64,000 nt of DNA, taken from NCBI GenBank assembly GCA_024709425.1, contig JANJWS010000074.1, positions 3,970 to 67,969 of the forward strand. The letters are read 5' to 3'. Below the pieces are notes generated by a model, which searched no databases, was not told where the DNA came from, and saw only the letters and a list, made by a program, of their open reading frames with translations. Below, piece after piece: positions 38,444 through 47,622 of the stretch. The DNA is from Thiobacillus sp. Its GTDB lineage: Bacteria > Pseudomonadota > Gammaproteobacteria > Burkholderiales > Thiobacillaceae. Position numbers and translations under genes: made by a program. Numbering within the stretch: the first letter of the stretch is position 1; each line of letters opens with the position of its first letter.

Positions 38444-39631
38444 ATGTTAGTCCTCGCTATTGGCGCGCTCCTTGTGTTCTGGGCCGTCATCCTTTTGGCC
38501 TTCGCCCGCCCGCTGCGCGCCCGCTGGCGCGAGCCCGTGCTGCGTCATCCTGTCCTGGCGATCGAAAGCGATGACTGGGGCGCCGGGCCCCTCGGGCAGG
38601 CGGATGCGCTGCGCCGCCTCGCCGCGCTGCTGCGGCGCGTGCAGGATCGCAGCGGCCGGCCGGCTGTCATGACCCTGGGCGTGATCCTGGAGGTGCCCGA
38701 CGGCCCACGCATCGCCGCCGGCGATTGCCGTGCCTACCATGCGCTGCCGCTGTCCGATTCCCGTTTCGATGCCGTGCGCAGCGCCATGCTCGACGGCGTG
38801 GGCGCCGGCGTGTTCGCCGCGCAGCTGCATGGCCAGTGCCACTACTGGCCCGCCGCCGTGCTGGCCGCCGCCCAGGCCGAACCGGGGGTGCGCGCCTGGC
38901 TGACCGCGCCCGCGCCCGCAGCCACCGAGGGATTGCCTTCGCCGCTACAAAGCCGCTGGGTCGATGCGTCGGGCTTGCCCGCGCGCGCGCTGGCGGACGC
39001 AGACATCCGTCAGGCGATCGAAGCCGAAATCGCCACTTGGCAAACGATTTTCGGCAGCGTTCCCCGGGTCGCCGTCGCCACCACGTTCGTGTGGAACGAT
39101 GCGGTCGAGGCGGCCTGGGCGAATGCTGGAATCGATACCGTCATCTCCCCCGGGCATCGCGCCACCTGCCGCACGGCAACGGGCGAACCGGGGTGCGTGG
39201 ATCGAACCATCCTGGCAGGTGAGCGCTCGCTTTCGGGTCAAACCTATCTGGTTCGCGATGTCTATTTCGAGCCGGATCTCGGGCATGGCCCGCAGCGGCT
39301 GGTCGATGGCCTGCTGGCGCGCACCCGGCAGGGTCGCGCGTGCCTGGTGGAAACCCATCGTGTCAACTTCCTGAAGTCGGGCGAGGCCAGCCTTGCGGCG
39401 CTTGAGGCGGCGCTCTCGGGCGCGCTGGCGGCGTGCCCCGATCTCCGCTTCGGTTCCCCGCTGGAACTCGCCGATGCGATCCGCGCGCGCGATCCCGCCT
39501 GGATCGAAACGCGGCTGCGGCCGCGGCTGGCCGCGTGGCACGCCCGCCTCGACGAGATCCCGCGCTTTCGACGCGTGGCGCGGCTTGCCGGGCTGGCATG
39601 GCCGCTCGCGCTGCTGGGGAGGCAGCCGTGA
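38444..39631 (+). CDS. Membrane-anchored polysaccharide deacetylase-like protein
   Basis: N-terminal TM helix; IESDDWG and QLHGQCH resemble CE4-type Asp-Asp and His-x3-His motifs; HRVNF. Confidence 0.6.
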   Translation: MLVLAIGALLVFWAVILLAFARPLRARWREPVLRHPVLAIESDDWGAGPLGQADALRRLAALLRRVQDRSGRPAVMTLGVILEVPDGPRIAAGDCRAYHALPLSDSRFDAVRSAMLDGVGAGVFAAQLHGQCHYWPAAVLAAAQAEPGVRAWLTAPAPAATEGLPSPLQSRWVDASGLPARALADADIRQAIEAEIATWQTIFGSVPRVAVATTFVWNDAVEAAWANAGIDTVISPGHRATCRTATGEPGCVDRTILAGERSLSGQTYLVRDVYFEPDLGHGPQRLVDGLLARTRQGRACLVETHRVNFLKSGEASLAALEAALSGALAACPDLRFGSPLELADAIRARDPAWIETRLRPRLAAWHARLDEIPRFRRVARLAGLAWPLALLGRQP

Positions 39632-40563
39632 CGCCACGCTTCTCGGTCATCATTCCCGCATTCAACAGTGCCGCCACGCTGGCGCGTGCCATCGATTCGG
39701 TGCGCGCGCAAAGCTGGCCGGCGCACGAGATCATTGTGGTGGACGATGGCTCGACCGATGCCACGTCCGAGGTGGCGGCGGGTTACGGCGAGGCCGTGCA
39801 CCTGCTCCGGCAGCCCAACCAGGGTGTGTCGGTGGCACGCAACGCCGGTGCCGCGGCCGCCTGCGGTGACTGGCTCGCCTTTCTCGATGCCGACGACTGG
39901 TACGCCCCGGATCGCCTGAAATGGCACGCCGAATGGATCGCCGAAGATGCGGCACTCGATTGTCTGACGGGTGACTACGAATACCGCGATGACGTGGGCC
40001 GCCTGATCGGCACCTCGATGGCCCAGCACGAATCCGGGCGCATGATGCTCGGCAAGGCCGCCGGCGCCGCGCGCGTGGTGATGGAAACGCCTGGCGAGAT
40101 CGCGGCCTTCGTCGCCGACCATTTTGGCGACACGCATACCCTGTCGGTACCGCGTTCGCGCTTCGCCGAACTGGGTGGATATCCCACCGGCTTCAAGGTC
40201 TGCGAGGATGTGCATTTCCTCACGCGCCTTATCGCCGGAAGCCGGCGCGTCGGCGTGGTGTGCCGCAGCCTGGGCGTGTACGTCATCCATGGCGGCAGCG
40301 CCACGCGCCGCGATCCTGTCGCGGCGCAACGCGAGAACGTGCGCACGCTCACCGACCTTGCGCGGCGAACGGTGCATTGTCCGGCGCCCGTCCGGCAGGG
40401 CGTGGCGGCGCGCATGGCGAGCGCTCGCTACAATCTCGGCTGCGCGCTGAATCGCAGCGGAGAGCGCGTGGCGGCGGCCCGTGCCGTCCTGCCCAATCTG
40501 GCCGCGCGGCCCGGCTGGCAAAGCCTGCGCGAAGTCCTGTCCATGCTGAAAGGAGCGACGTGA
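39628..40563 (+). CDS. GT2 glycosyltransferase
   Basis: SVIIPAFN, VVDDGSTD, FLDADD, CED. Confidence 0.88.
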   Translation: MTPRFSVIIPAFNSAATLARAIDSVRAQSWPAHEIIVVDDGSTDATSEVAAGYGEAVHLLRQPNQGVSVARNAGAAAACGDWLAFLDADDWYAPDRLKWHAEWIAEDAALDCLTGDYEYRDDVGRLIGTSMAQHESGRMMLGKAAGAARVVMETPGEIAAFVADHFGDTHTLSVPRSRFAELGGYPTGFKVCEDVHFLTRLIAGSRRVGVVCRSLGVYVIHGGSATRRDPVAAQRENVRTLTDLARRTVHCPAPVRQGVAARMASARYNLGCALNRSGERVAAARAVLPNLAARPGWQSLREVLSMLKGAT

Positions 40564-41714
40564 ACCGCTTGCTCGTCCTCACCGAGCTTTTTCTCCCGAC
40601 CAAGGGCGGCACGGCCGTGTGGGCGGCCGAAGTCTACAAGCGGCTGGGGGGCAAGGAAATCCACATCGTCACGGCGGCCGTGCCGGACGCGGCGGACGTC
40701 GACGCCGTCCACCCCAATACCGTGCACCGCCTGAATCTCACACGCGTGCCCTGGCTGCGCCCGGAATCGCTGGCGATGTATGCGCGTTTCTTCTTCAAGT
40801 CGCTGACGTTGACGCTCACCCACCGCTTCGACGCGATTCACGCCTTTCGCGCGCTGCCGGAAGGCCTGGTCGCGTGGGCGGTCGCCCGGCTCACCTTGCG
40901 GCCCGTGGTGCTCTATGCCCACGGCGAGGAACTCACCACCTGGGGGCGCGGCCGGAAATTCCAGGCCATGCGCTTTGCCCTGCGCCAGGCTGACCGCGTC
41001 GTCGCCAACAGCGAACACACTCGCGCAACCCTGCTGCAAATGGGCCTCGATCCGGCACGCATCGCGATCGTTTATCCGGGCGTGGACGTCTCGGTATTCC
41101 GGCCGGGCCTCGACACCACCGGTTTGCGCGAGAGCCTGGGGATTCACATCACCGAGCGACTTGTTTTCTCGGTGGGGCGCCTGTCGCGCCGCAAGGGTTT
41201 CGACCAGATGATCCGCGCGGTGGCCCGCTTGCGCGCCGAGGGCTTGCCGGTTCGCTATGTCATTGCCGGGATCGGCGAAGATGCCGGGTATCTCGATGCG
41301 TTGATACGGGAACATAATCTGCAGGGCGTTGCTCACAGGATCGGCGCGGTGAGCGATAACGACCTTCCCCGCTGGATGAATGCCTGCGATGTTTTTGCCA
41401 TGCCCAATCGCGAGATCAACGGCGACAACGAAGGTTTCGGCATGGTGTTCATCGAGGCGGCCGCTTGCGGAAAACCGAGTCTGGCCGGTACGGATGGCGG
41501 TACCGGCTCGGCGGTCCTGCACGGTGAGACTGGCCTGCGCGTCGACGGCAAGACCTTCGAAGCGGTCGTCGATGGCTTGCGCCGGTTGCTGGATGACAAC
41601 GGACTGCGCAATCGGCTGGGCGCAGCCGGATTGCAAAGAGTGGCGGAGCAATTTGCCTGGGAGCAAGTGGCGCGGGCAACGGAACGGATATTGTCTGTAA
41701 GGAAAGCGAAATGA
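40560..41714 (+). CDS. GT4 glycosyltransferase
   Basis: HGEE, GRLSRRKG, EGFGMVFIEAAACG. Confidence 0.88.
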   Translation: MNRLLVLTELFLPTKGGTAVWAAEVYKRLGGKEIHIVTAAVPDAADVDAVHPNTVHRLNLTRVPWLRPESLAMYARFFFKSLTLTLTHRFDAIHAFRALPEGLVAWAVARLTLRPVVLYAHGEELTTWGRGRKFQAMRFALRQADRVVANSEHTRATLLQMGLDPARIAIVYPGVDVSVFRPGLDTTGLRESLGIHITERLVFSVGRLSRRKGFDQMIRAVARLRAEGLPVRYVIAGIGEDAGYLDALIREHNLQGVAHRIGAVSDNDLPRWMNACDVFAMPNREINGDNEGFGMVFIEAAACGKPSLAGTDGGTGSAVLHGETGLRVDGKTFEAVVDGLRRLLDDNGLRNRLGAAGLQRVAEQFAWEQVARATERILSVRKAK

Positions 41715-42508
41715 GTTACCGAAATCCTGTTTGGATCATCGTGCTGGCCTTGTTCTTTGTACGGGTACATGCGGCCGAACCCCACCGGCCGAGCGAAGCG
41801 GAGTTCAACAACCTGCCGCCCTACTGCAAGGCCAAGTTGATATCGCGTATTGGCAGTGCGGACTACCGGCAGTGGGAAGGCACGCTGGGCAAGGATTTCG
41901 TACATACGCACCATTATTGTTTCGCCCTCAATTTCATCAACCGCTATTACCGTTCGCGCGGCGCGCAGGAGAAGAATTTCAATCTGAACAGTGCCATGGA
42001 TAACCTGGAGTACATGGTCACGCACGCCGACCCGGGCTATAGCCTGATGCCGGAGGTCTACCAGAATCGTGGCTTGGTCCACTCATTGATGGGGCGGCAT
42101 GGCGAAGCCGTGGCCGACATGAACAAGGCGATCGAGCTCAACCCTCGCCAGGTCAAGGCCTACAATGTGCTGGCGGATTACTACAGCAGTACCCGGCAGC
42201 AACAGAAGGCACTGGAGACGATCATGGAAGGGCTCCGTTACAACCCTGATGTGCGAAGCTTGCAGCGCCGCTATACGGAACTGGGCGGCAAGCTGCCCTA
42301 TCCGGAGCCCATCCAGCCTGGCCCGGTAGATGCCTCTGCTTCAAGCCCGAAGGCGGAAGCCCTCCCATCCGCGGCGCCGGCCGAGACGGCACCGACTGAC
42401 GCGCCTGCCGGGATTGGCGACGCGGCGCCGACTGTGTCCCAAGAACCTGCGACAGACTCGAAAATCGGTTCCCCGACCAACCCCTATTGCCGCTTCTGCC
42501 CAGACTGA
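41711..42508 (+). CDS. Exported TPR-repeat protein with Pro/Ala-rich linker and C-terminal CxxC
   Basis: Signal peptide; TPR-like NRG...A.ADMNKAIELNP; ends NPYCRFCPD. Confidence 0.75.
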   Translation: MSYRNPVWIIVLALFFVRVHAAEPHRPSEAEFNNLPPYCKAKLISRIGSADYRQWEGTLGKDFVHTHHYCFALNFINRYYRSRGAQEKNFNLNSAMDNLEYMVTHADPGYSLMPEVYQNRGLVHSLMGRHGEAVADMNKAIELNPRQVKAYNVLADYYSSTRQQQKALETIMEGLRYNPDVRSLQRRYTELGGKLPYPEPIQPGPVDASASSPKAEALPSAAPAETAPTDAPAGIGDAAPTVSQEPATDSKIGSPTNPYCRFCPD

Positions 42509-42538
42509 CGATGGCTGAAGGGCAACGTGGCGGCCCGC

Positions 42539-45500
42539 CTACGAATGATTTGAGGACAGGCCGAGAAAACCCTGCAGACGTGTCCACAGGTCGGCGGTGA
42601 CCGAGGCGTGCTGTTCGGCGATGTCATGCAGGCACAGGGGATCGGTCTTCAGGTCGAACAGATGCAGCTGGTGGCCGTCTTCCAGCGGCTGATACACCAG
42701 CTTCCATCGTCCATGGCGAATCATCCGGTCCTTTGCGGCCATGATACGGGGGCAATACTTGCCCTTGATTCCGAGCGTTCCACCCTCGCGGTCCGGTACG
42801 TCGATAAGCTCCAGCAGGTCCGGGTAGCGCAGGTGCGATTCGGGCAATCCGGGGATGTCGGTGATCCAGATACCGGTTTCATTGAAGGCATCGAGTTCCG
42901 GGCAGTCCTTGCCAGCCAGGCAGTCGACCAGCGATACCCCATCCATGCCGTCTGCAGGTGGCGTGCCGACCAGTTCGAGTAAGGTGGGGGCAAGATCGAT
43001 GGAGCGAACGACGGCATCGATGCGGCCGCGTCCAGGCAGGCGAGGGTCGCGAATCACCAGCGGAATCCGCGGGCTGGCTTCGCCCACTGCGGAATTGCCC
43101 TGTCCCCAGGTGTCATGTTCGAAGAACTCCATCCCATGGTCCGAGTAGACCACGACGATCGTATTGTCGGCGAGCCCGCAGGCATCGAGATGGGCGAGCA
43201 TTTTGCCGACCTCGTCATCGAACTCGGCCACGCAGCCATCGTAAAGGTCGATGATCTGGTCGAGATCGAATTCCTCACGGGGTGCGCCCTGGCGGCGCAG
43301 GATTTCGAAGGGGTCGGTGAGGCGTGCCATGGCGAACTTCGATTCGCCGCGGTAGTCCGGGTCGGCGAACCGTACATACCACGGCCACTCCGACGCGAAC
43401 GGTGGGTGCGTGGTGGAGTAGAACACATTGAGGAAAAACGGGGTGTCCTCGGCCGCCAGGCGCGAGACCAGCCGGCGTGCACGCTTCCCGATCGGCCGTG
43501 TGAGCGGCACGCCGCCCAGGTAGTAAAGCTCGGGCAGCAGCAGGCGTCCCAGCCGGTTGTGGATGAACAGTGACAGATACAGGCGCAGATCCTTCGGGCC
43601 CTGGCGGATCAGGTACTTGAGGTTCCACTGGTCCTCCGGCAGGTCCGTATAGTCGAAGCCAAAGGAGAACTTCCCCATGTCAGCGCCGCACCAGTCCGAC
43701 AGCGCCGCCGTACGATAGCCCAGCGTCTTCAGCCAAAGCGGCAGGGTGTGCACCTTGAGGCGGGCATCCTCGTGCGGAACGAAATTATCACGGATGCCGT
43801 GGGTATGCGGCCAGGTACCGGTGAGCAGCGAAATGAGGCTGGGGGCCGTCCGCGCGCACGGTACGTAACAGTTCGAGAACAGCGCCCCCTGGGTCGCAAG
43901 CCGGTCGAGATGCGGCGTCAGCGTACGGCGGTAGCCCATGGCGCCGAGGCGGTCGGCACGCAGCGTGTCGGAGCCGATCATGAGAATGTTGGGGGAGACG
44001 TCCGCCCGAGGCGGTCGCAGCGTCCGGGGCGGACGTGCCTCCGGTTCCCACGCGACCCAGGCCACCGTACCGGCAATGAAAAGCGTGGCAGACCATAGCG
44101 CAATCAGATCCCCCAGCCGGTTTTCCTGCGCCAGCTGCCAGGTTGCGGCCAAAAACAGCAGCAGGCTTCCGCCTACCCACAGCGTGTGCAGCCAGACAAT
44201 GCGCTCGGGCGTCACCCAGTTCCACAGGCCATGAAGTCGGCTCATGCGGTAATGCATCGAGGCCACCAGCAAGCCGGGATTGAACCGCAGCTTGGTGGCG
44301 AACTGGAGCGCGAACGACCAGACGATGCCCAATGCCGCAGCGAGTATCGCGCCGCCAGGCGACCATGCGGCCTGCTGCGTCGTCGTCAGCATGAAATACA
44401 GCAGCACGCCGGCGCCGCCGGTAAACAGCATGATGATGAATGCCCAGGCCGTCAGCCGCGCCAGCGCGTACAGCGTGTAGCGGCGGTAGTGCGTGAGGAT
44501 TTCCTCGCGGATCCGCGGCCCGGTCTGCGAGAAGTTGGCAAGCGACTTCACGAGCAGTACCGCAGCCCCCACCCCCGCAACACCCAGAGCCGGCAGCAGG
44601 CCGGCCCACTTGGCCGCGCCGCTGGCGAACCAGGCGATCAAGCCGCAGGCGACCGTCAGAATCGCCACGACCTCGATACGCAGCATGCCGGCATCGGGGG
44701 GCAGCTTCAGGTTCTTGTGGCGATGTCCCGATTCATTGCGCCCGCGGATTTCGCCGAGCGCAGCCGCCGTGCGAACCCAATAGAAGCGGCGCTTGCTCCA
44801 CGACAGGCTGAAGGTGCTGTGCCAGGCATATTCCGCCAGCTTGCGCCACATATACAACGGTACCCGGCCGGTGCCGTGGATGCGCGAGGTGGAGCGGGTG
44901 CGCTGGAAGCTTTTCCTCAGCAGGTACCCCAGACGCAAGCGCTCTGTGTCGACATAGTGGTATTGCACGATTCCGGGCACATACTGGCAGCCGGCGCCAC
45001 GCGCCAGCGCACGCAGCACGTATTCGCTGTCTTCGCCGCCGCCCAGGTCGTGGCCGTGCGGTCCCAGTTCGGTCGAGAATTCGCCGGCCAGCGAAAATAC
45101 CGCGCGCCTCACCACCAGGTTGCCGCCGCCGGGGATCGGGCCTTCCTCCGCCGTAATCGCCCGGGGGCGCTCGCCCTGGTCGAAGCGCGGCACCGGCAGG
45201 GGATAGATGCGGTAGGGACCTTCGTCGTGCACCCAGGCAGGCTCGCTGCCGTCCCAGTCGGGCAGGATGCGTCCGCAATACAGCCCGGCATCCGGCCAGG
45301 CCTGCGCGGCCTGTTCGATGGCCACCAGATAGTGCTCGTCGATGCGATGGTCGTCATCGACAAAAGCCGTGAGCGTGGTTTCGATTTCAGGTATCGCCCG
45401 GTTGAGAGCGTGGGACTTGCCAGGTGTCGGCACCTCGATCAGTTGCAACGGCAGCCAGCCCGCTTCCGCCTGGCGTGCCTGGTAGGCCCGCATGCGCGAC

Positions 45501-45646
45501 ACCGTGTCGTCCGTACACGCGTTGGCGGCCACCATGATCCCTACTGGCATCGCCGGCCGCCGGGCTGCATTGATCGAATCCAGCACCCGCTCCAGCAGGT
45601 CGGCGCGGTTGTGGGTGCAGATCAGGATCGTGAGTCCGTCGGTCAT
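42539..45646 (-). CDS. Fusion: GT2 glycosyltransferase + multi-TM segment + sulfatase-like (alkaline phosphatase superfamily) domain
   Basis: N-terminal ICTHNR, FVDDD, GGED; 5-6 hydrophobic helices; C-terminal PNIL..DTLRAD, TAPSLISLLTG, THPPF, YD, SDHG. Confidence 0.85.
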   Translation of the reverse strand: MTDGLTILICTHNRADLLERVLDSINAARRPAMPVGIMVAANACTDDTVSRMRAYQARQAEAGWLPLQLIEVPTPGKSHALNRAIPEIETTLTAFVDDDHRIDEHYLVAIEQAAQAWPDAGLYCGRILPDWDGSEPAWVHDEGPYRIYPLPVPRFDQGERPRAITAEEGPIPGGGNLVVRRAVFSLAGEFSTELGPHGHDLGGGEDSEYVLRALARGAGCQYVPGIVQYHYVDTERLRLGYLLRKSFQRTRSTSRIHGTGRVPLYMWRKLAEYAWHSTFSLSWSKRRFYWVRTAAALGEIRGRNESGHRHKNLKLPPDAGMLRIEVVAILTVACGLIAWFASGAAKWAGLLPALGVAGVGAAVLLVKSLANFSQTGPRIREEILTHYRRYTLYALARLTAWAFIIMLFTGGAGVLLYFMLTTTQQAAWSPGGAILAAALGIVWSFALQFATKLRFNPGLLVASMHYRMSRLHGLWNWVTPERIVWLHTLWVGGSLLLFLAATWQLAQENRLGDLIALWSATLFIAGTVAWVAWEPEARPPRTLRPPRADVSPNILMIGSDTLRADRLGAMGYRRTLTPHLDRLATQGALFSNCYVPCARTAPSLISLLTGTWPHTHGIRDNFVPHEDARLKVHTLPLWLKTLGYRTAALSDWCGADMGKFSFGFDYTDLPEDQWNLKYLIRQGPKDLRLYLSLFIHNRLGRLLLPELYYLGGVPLTRPIGKRARRLVSRLAAEDTPFFLNVFYSTTHPPFASEWPWYVRFADPDYRGESKFAMARLTDPFEILRRQGAPREEFDLDQIIDLYDGCVAEFDDEVGKMLAHLDACGLADNTIVVVYSDHGMEFFEHDTWGQGNSAVGEASPRIPLVIRDPRLPGRGRIDAVVRSIDLAPTLLELVGTPPADGMDGVSLVDCLAGKDCPELDAFNETGIWITDIPGLPESHLRYPDLLELIDVPDREGGTLGIKGKYCPRIMAAKDRMIRHGRWKLVYQPLEDGHQLHLFDLKTDPLCLHDIAEQHASVTADLWTRLQGFLGLSSNHS

Positions 45647-45649
45647 GGC

Positions 45650-46561
45650 TCAGCGGGAACGGAACAGGCCCTGCATCAGGCCGAGGAAATGGAACACCAC
45701 GATCTCGCGGTTGAAGGCTTCGTCGCCGGGCTGCGTCAGGTGGCCCCAGATCATCCGCCCCACCGCGCGCAGGAATTGCGGGAACACGAACAGGGGAATG
45801 TTGAACAGCCGTCGCGCCCCGGTCAGCCCCCGGCTCTGGGCGATATTGCGGCTGGTCTGGAAGCGCCAGCGGCGGAAATACCGCTTGGTCAGGCGAAAGC
45901 TTTCCACCTTGTGGTGGACCCGCGAGGCCCCCAGGAAAACGACCTTGAAGCCGGCCCCCAGGATGCGCTCGAACATCTCGCCGTCCTCGCCGCTGGCCAG
46001 CACCTTGCCCTTGCGGCCGCGGGTGGTGTCGAAGCGTCCGACGCGTTCGAATACCTCGCGGCGAAACCCCATGTTTGCGCCGAAAGGCGCCTGGCCGGGC
46101 GTGGTGATCGGGTAGTCATCGGTGCGGTCGGTACGCACAGCGAGGAAGCCATAGAACCGCTCTGTCAGCCAGGCCGGCGGAGGTGTCTCCCAGATCGGCG
46201 CGATGTAGCCGCCGCACGCGTCGGCCTGATGGCAAGCGAGGCCGCCAAGCGTGGTTTCCAGCCACGCGGGTTCGGGCAGCACGTCGTCATCGGTGAAAAG
46301 AATGACCGCGCCGCGCGATTCCGCGATGCCGCGGTTGCGTGCGTGCGACAGCCCTTGCGCGGGCTCGAAGACATAGCGCAGGCGCGGCCAGTCGTGTTGC
46401 AGCGTCTCGACGACCGAGCGTGTGGCATCGTGCGAATTGTTGTCCACCACGAGCACTTCCCAGTCGAGATCCGCCGGGGCTTGCAGCGCCGCCAGCGCAG
46501 CGAGTGTGTCCTGGAGCGAGGCTACCCGGTTGTAGGTGCAAACGATGATGCTGGCGTCCAT
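45650..46561 (-). CDS. GT2 glycosyltransferase
   Basis: SIIVCTYNR, VVDNNS, GLSHARN, FTDDD, GANM, GED. Confidence 0.9.
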   Translation of the reverse strand: MDASIIVCTYNRVASLQDTLAALAALQAPADLDWEVLVVDNNSHDATRSVVETLQHDWPRLRYVFEPAQGLSHARNRGIAESRGAVILFTDDDVLPEPAWLETTLGGLACHQADACGGYIAPIWETPPPAWLTERFYGFLAVRTDRTDDYPITTPGQAPFGANMGFRREVFERVGRFDTTRGRKGKVLASGEDGEMFERILGAGFKVVFLGASRVHHKVESFRLTKRYFRRWRFQTSRNIAQSRGLTGARRLFNIPLFVFPQFLRAVGRMIWGHLTQPGDEAFNREIVVFHFLGLMQGLFRSR

Positions 46562-46625
46562 GGTCGTGCGGCGAAGGGCTATTGCCCGCGGGGCTCCCGA
46601 GCGTGAATCGTGGTCTGAAGGGTCA

Positions 46626-47594
46626 TCATGCGGCAAGCGTCCAGTGGTCGTCGCCGCGATAATAGGGCAGATCAAAGGCTGCGTAGCCGGCGTGCAGGCC
46701 AGCGAGTTGCTCTGGCGTCAGCTTGCCCTTCCAGGCGGCGGCCATCCGAAGTGTATTGCGGCGGGTGCCGTAGTGCCCGGCCGTGTCCTGTGCCGTTCCA
46801 ATGCTGGATTCGCCAATGTGGTCACGGACACGGTCATCGAACGTCAGGCCGGCGAATTCAAACAGCGCCCGGAAGCCGGCCTCTGGATTTTCACAAAGGG
46901 ACTCGTAAGTGACTATCCTGGCGTCCGCATAGGCGGTCAGTGCCTGCAGGGCGACGTGGAGCACCGCCCCTTGGAAAGCCCCGTGGGCCCGCCAGAATCC
47001 GGTAACGGACTGAATCGTCTCCTGCCAGGGGCGCAGGCTGCTGTCCATCAAGCGTGCACCCAGTTCGGCCAGCTTCGCTTCCGCATTGCACCAGTTGAGT
47101 GCCTCATAGCTCAGTGCCACCGCAGCGGGATGGCGCATGAGAAAGACGATGCGTGGCCGGTAGGTGTCGAGCAGCCATGCCAGTGCAAGTGGGTTTACTT
47201 CCTTGACCACCACGCGCCCGCGGGTGCGCCGCGTCAGTTTCCATTGTCGTGCATCGCGCACGACACCGGCAGGAAACGCAGGGATACCAGCGAATGCGCG
47301 TGTGGCGAACTGGGCGTAGCACGGCGGCGGCGCGGCCGGGTCGATGTCGAACACCGTGGTGGCGCCGCCGCACGCAAGGTGGCTCTGGTTGATGGGCTCG
47401 CGCAGAAAAAGTGCTTCCGGTGCAGAGCCGAGAATCTCCGCAACCCAGCTCGATCCGCTGCGCGGCAGCGACATGATCAGCAAGGGGGGGCGCGCAGGTT
47501 TCATGAGCCGGCTGATCCGGGCACCAGACCAGGATGTCTTCGCCCACCACACTTGGCTGGGAAATGCAGGGCATGCAGGAGATGGCGGATTCAT
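46626..47594 (-). CDS. PAPS-dependent sulfotransferase 3 (start uncertain)
   Basis: SLPRSGSSW, REP, VVKE, RHPAAVALS, YESL. Confidence 0.8.
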   Translation of the reverse strand: MNPPSPACPAFPSQVWWAKTSWSGARISRLMKPARPPLLIMSLPRSGSSWVAEILGSAPEALFLREPINQSHLACGGATTVFDIDPAAPPPCYAQFATRAFAGIPAFPAGVVRDARQWKLTRRTRGRVVVKEVNPLALAWLLDTYRPRIVFLMRHPAAVALSYEALNWCNAEAKLAELGARLMDSSLRPWQETIQSVTGFWRAHGAFQGAVLHVALQALTAYADARIVTYESLCENPEAGFRALFEFAGLTFDDRVRDHIGESSIGTAQDTAGHYGTRRNTLRMAAAWKGKLTPEQLAGLHAGYAAFDLPYYRGDDHWTLAA

Positions 47595-47622
47595 GGTGGG
47601 AGCCGGGACATTGAAAAAAGTA

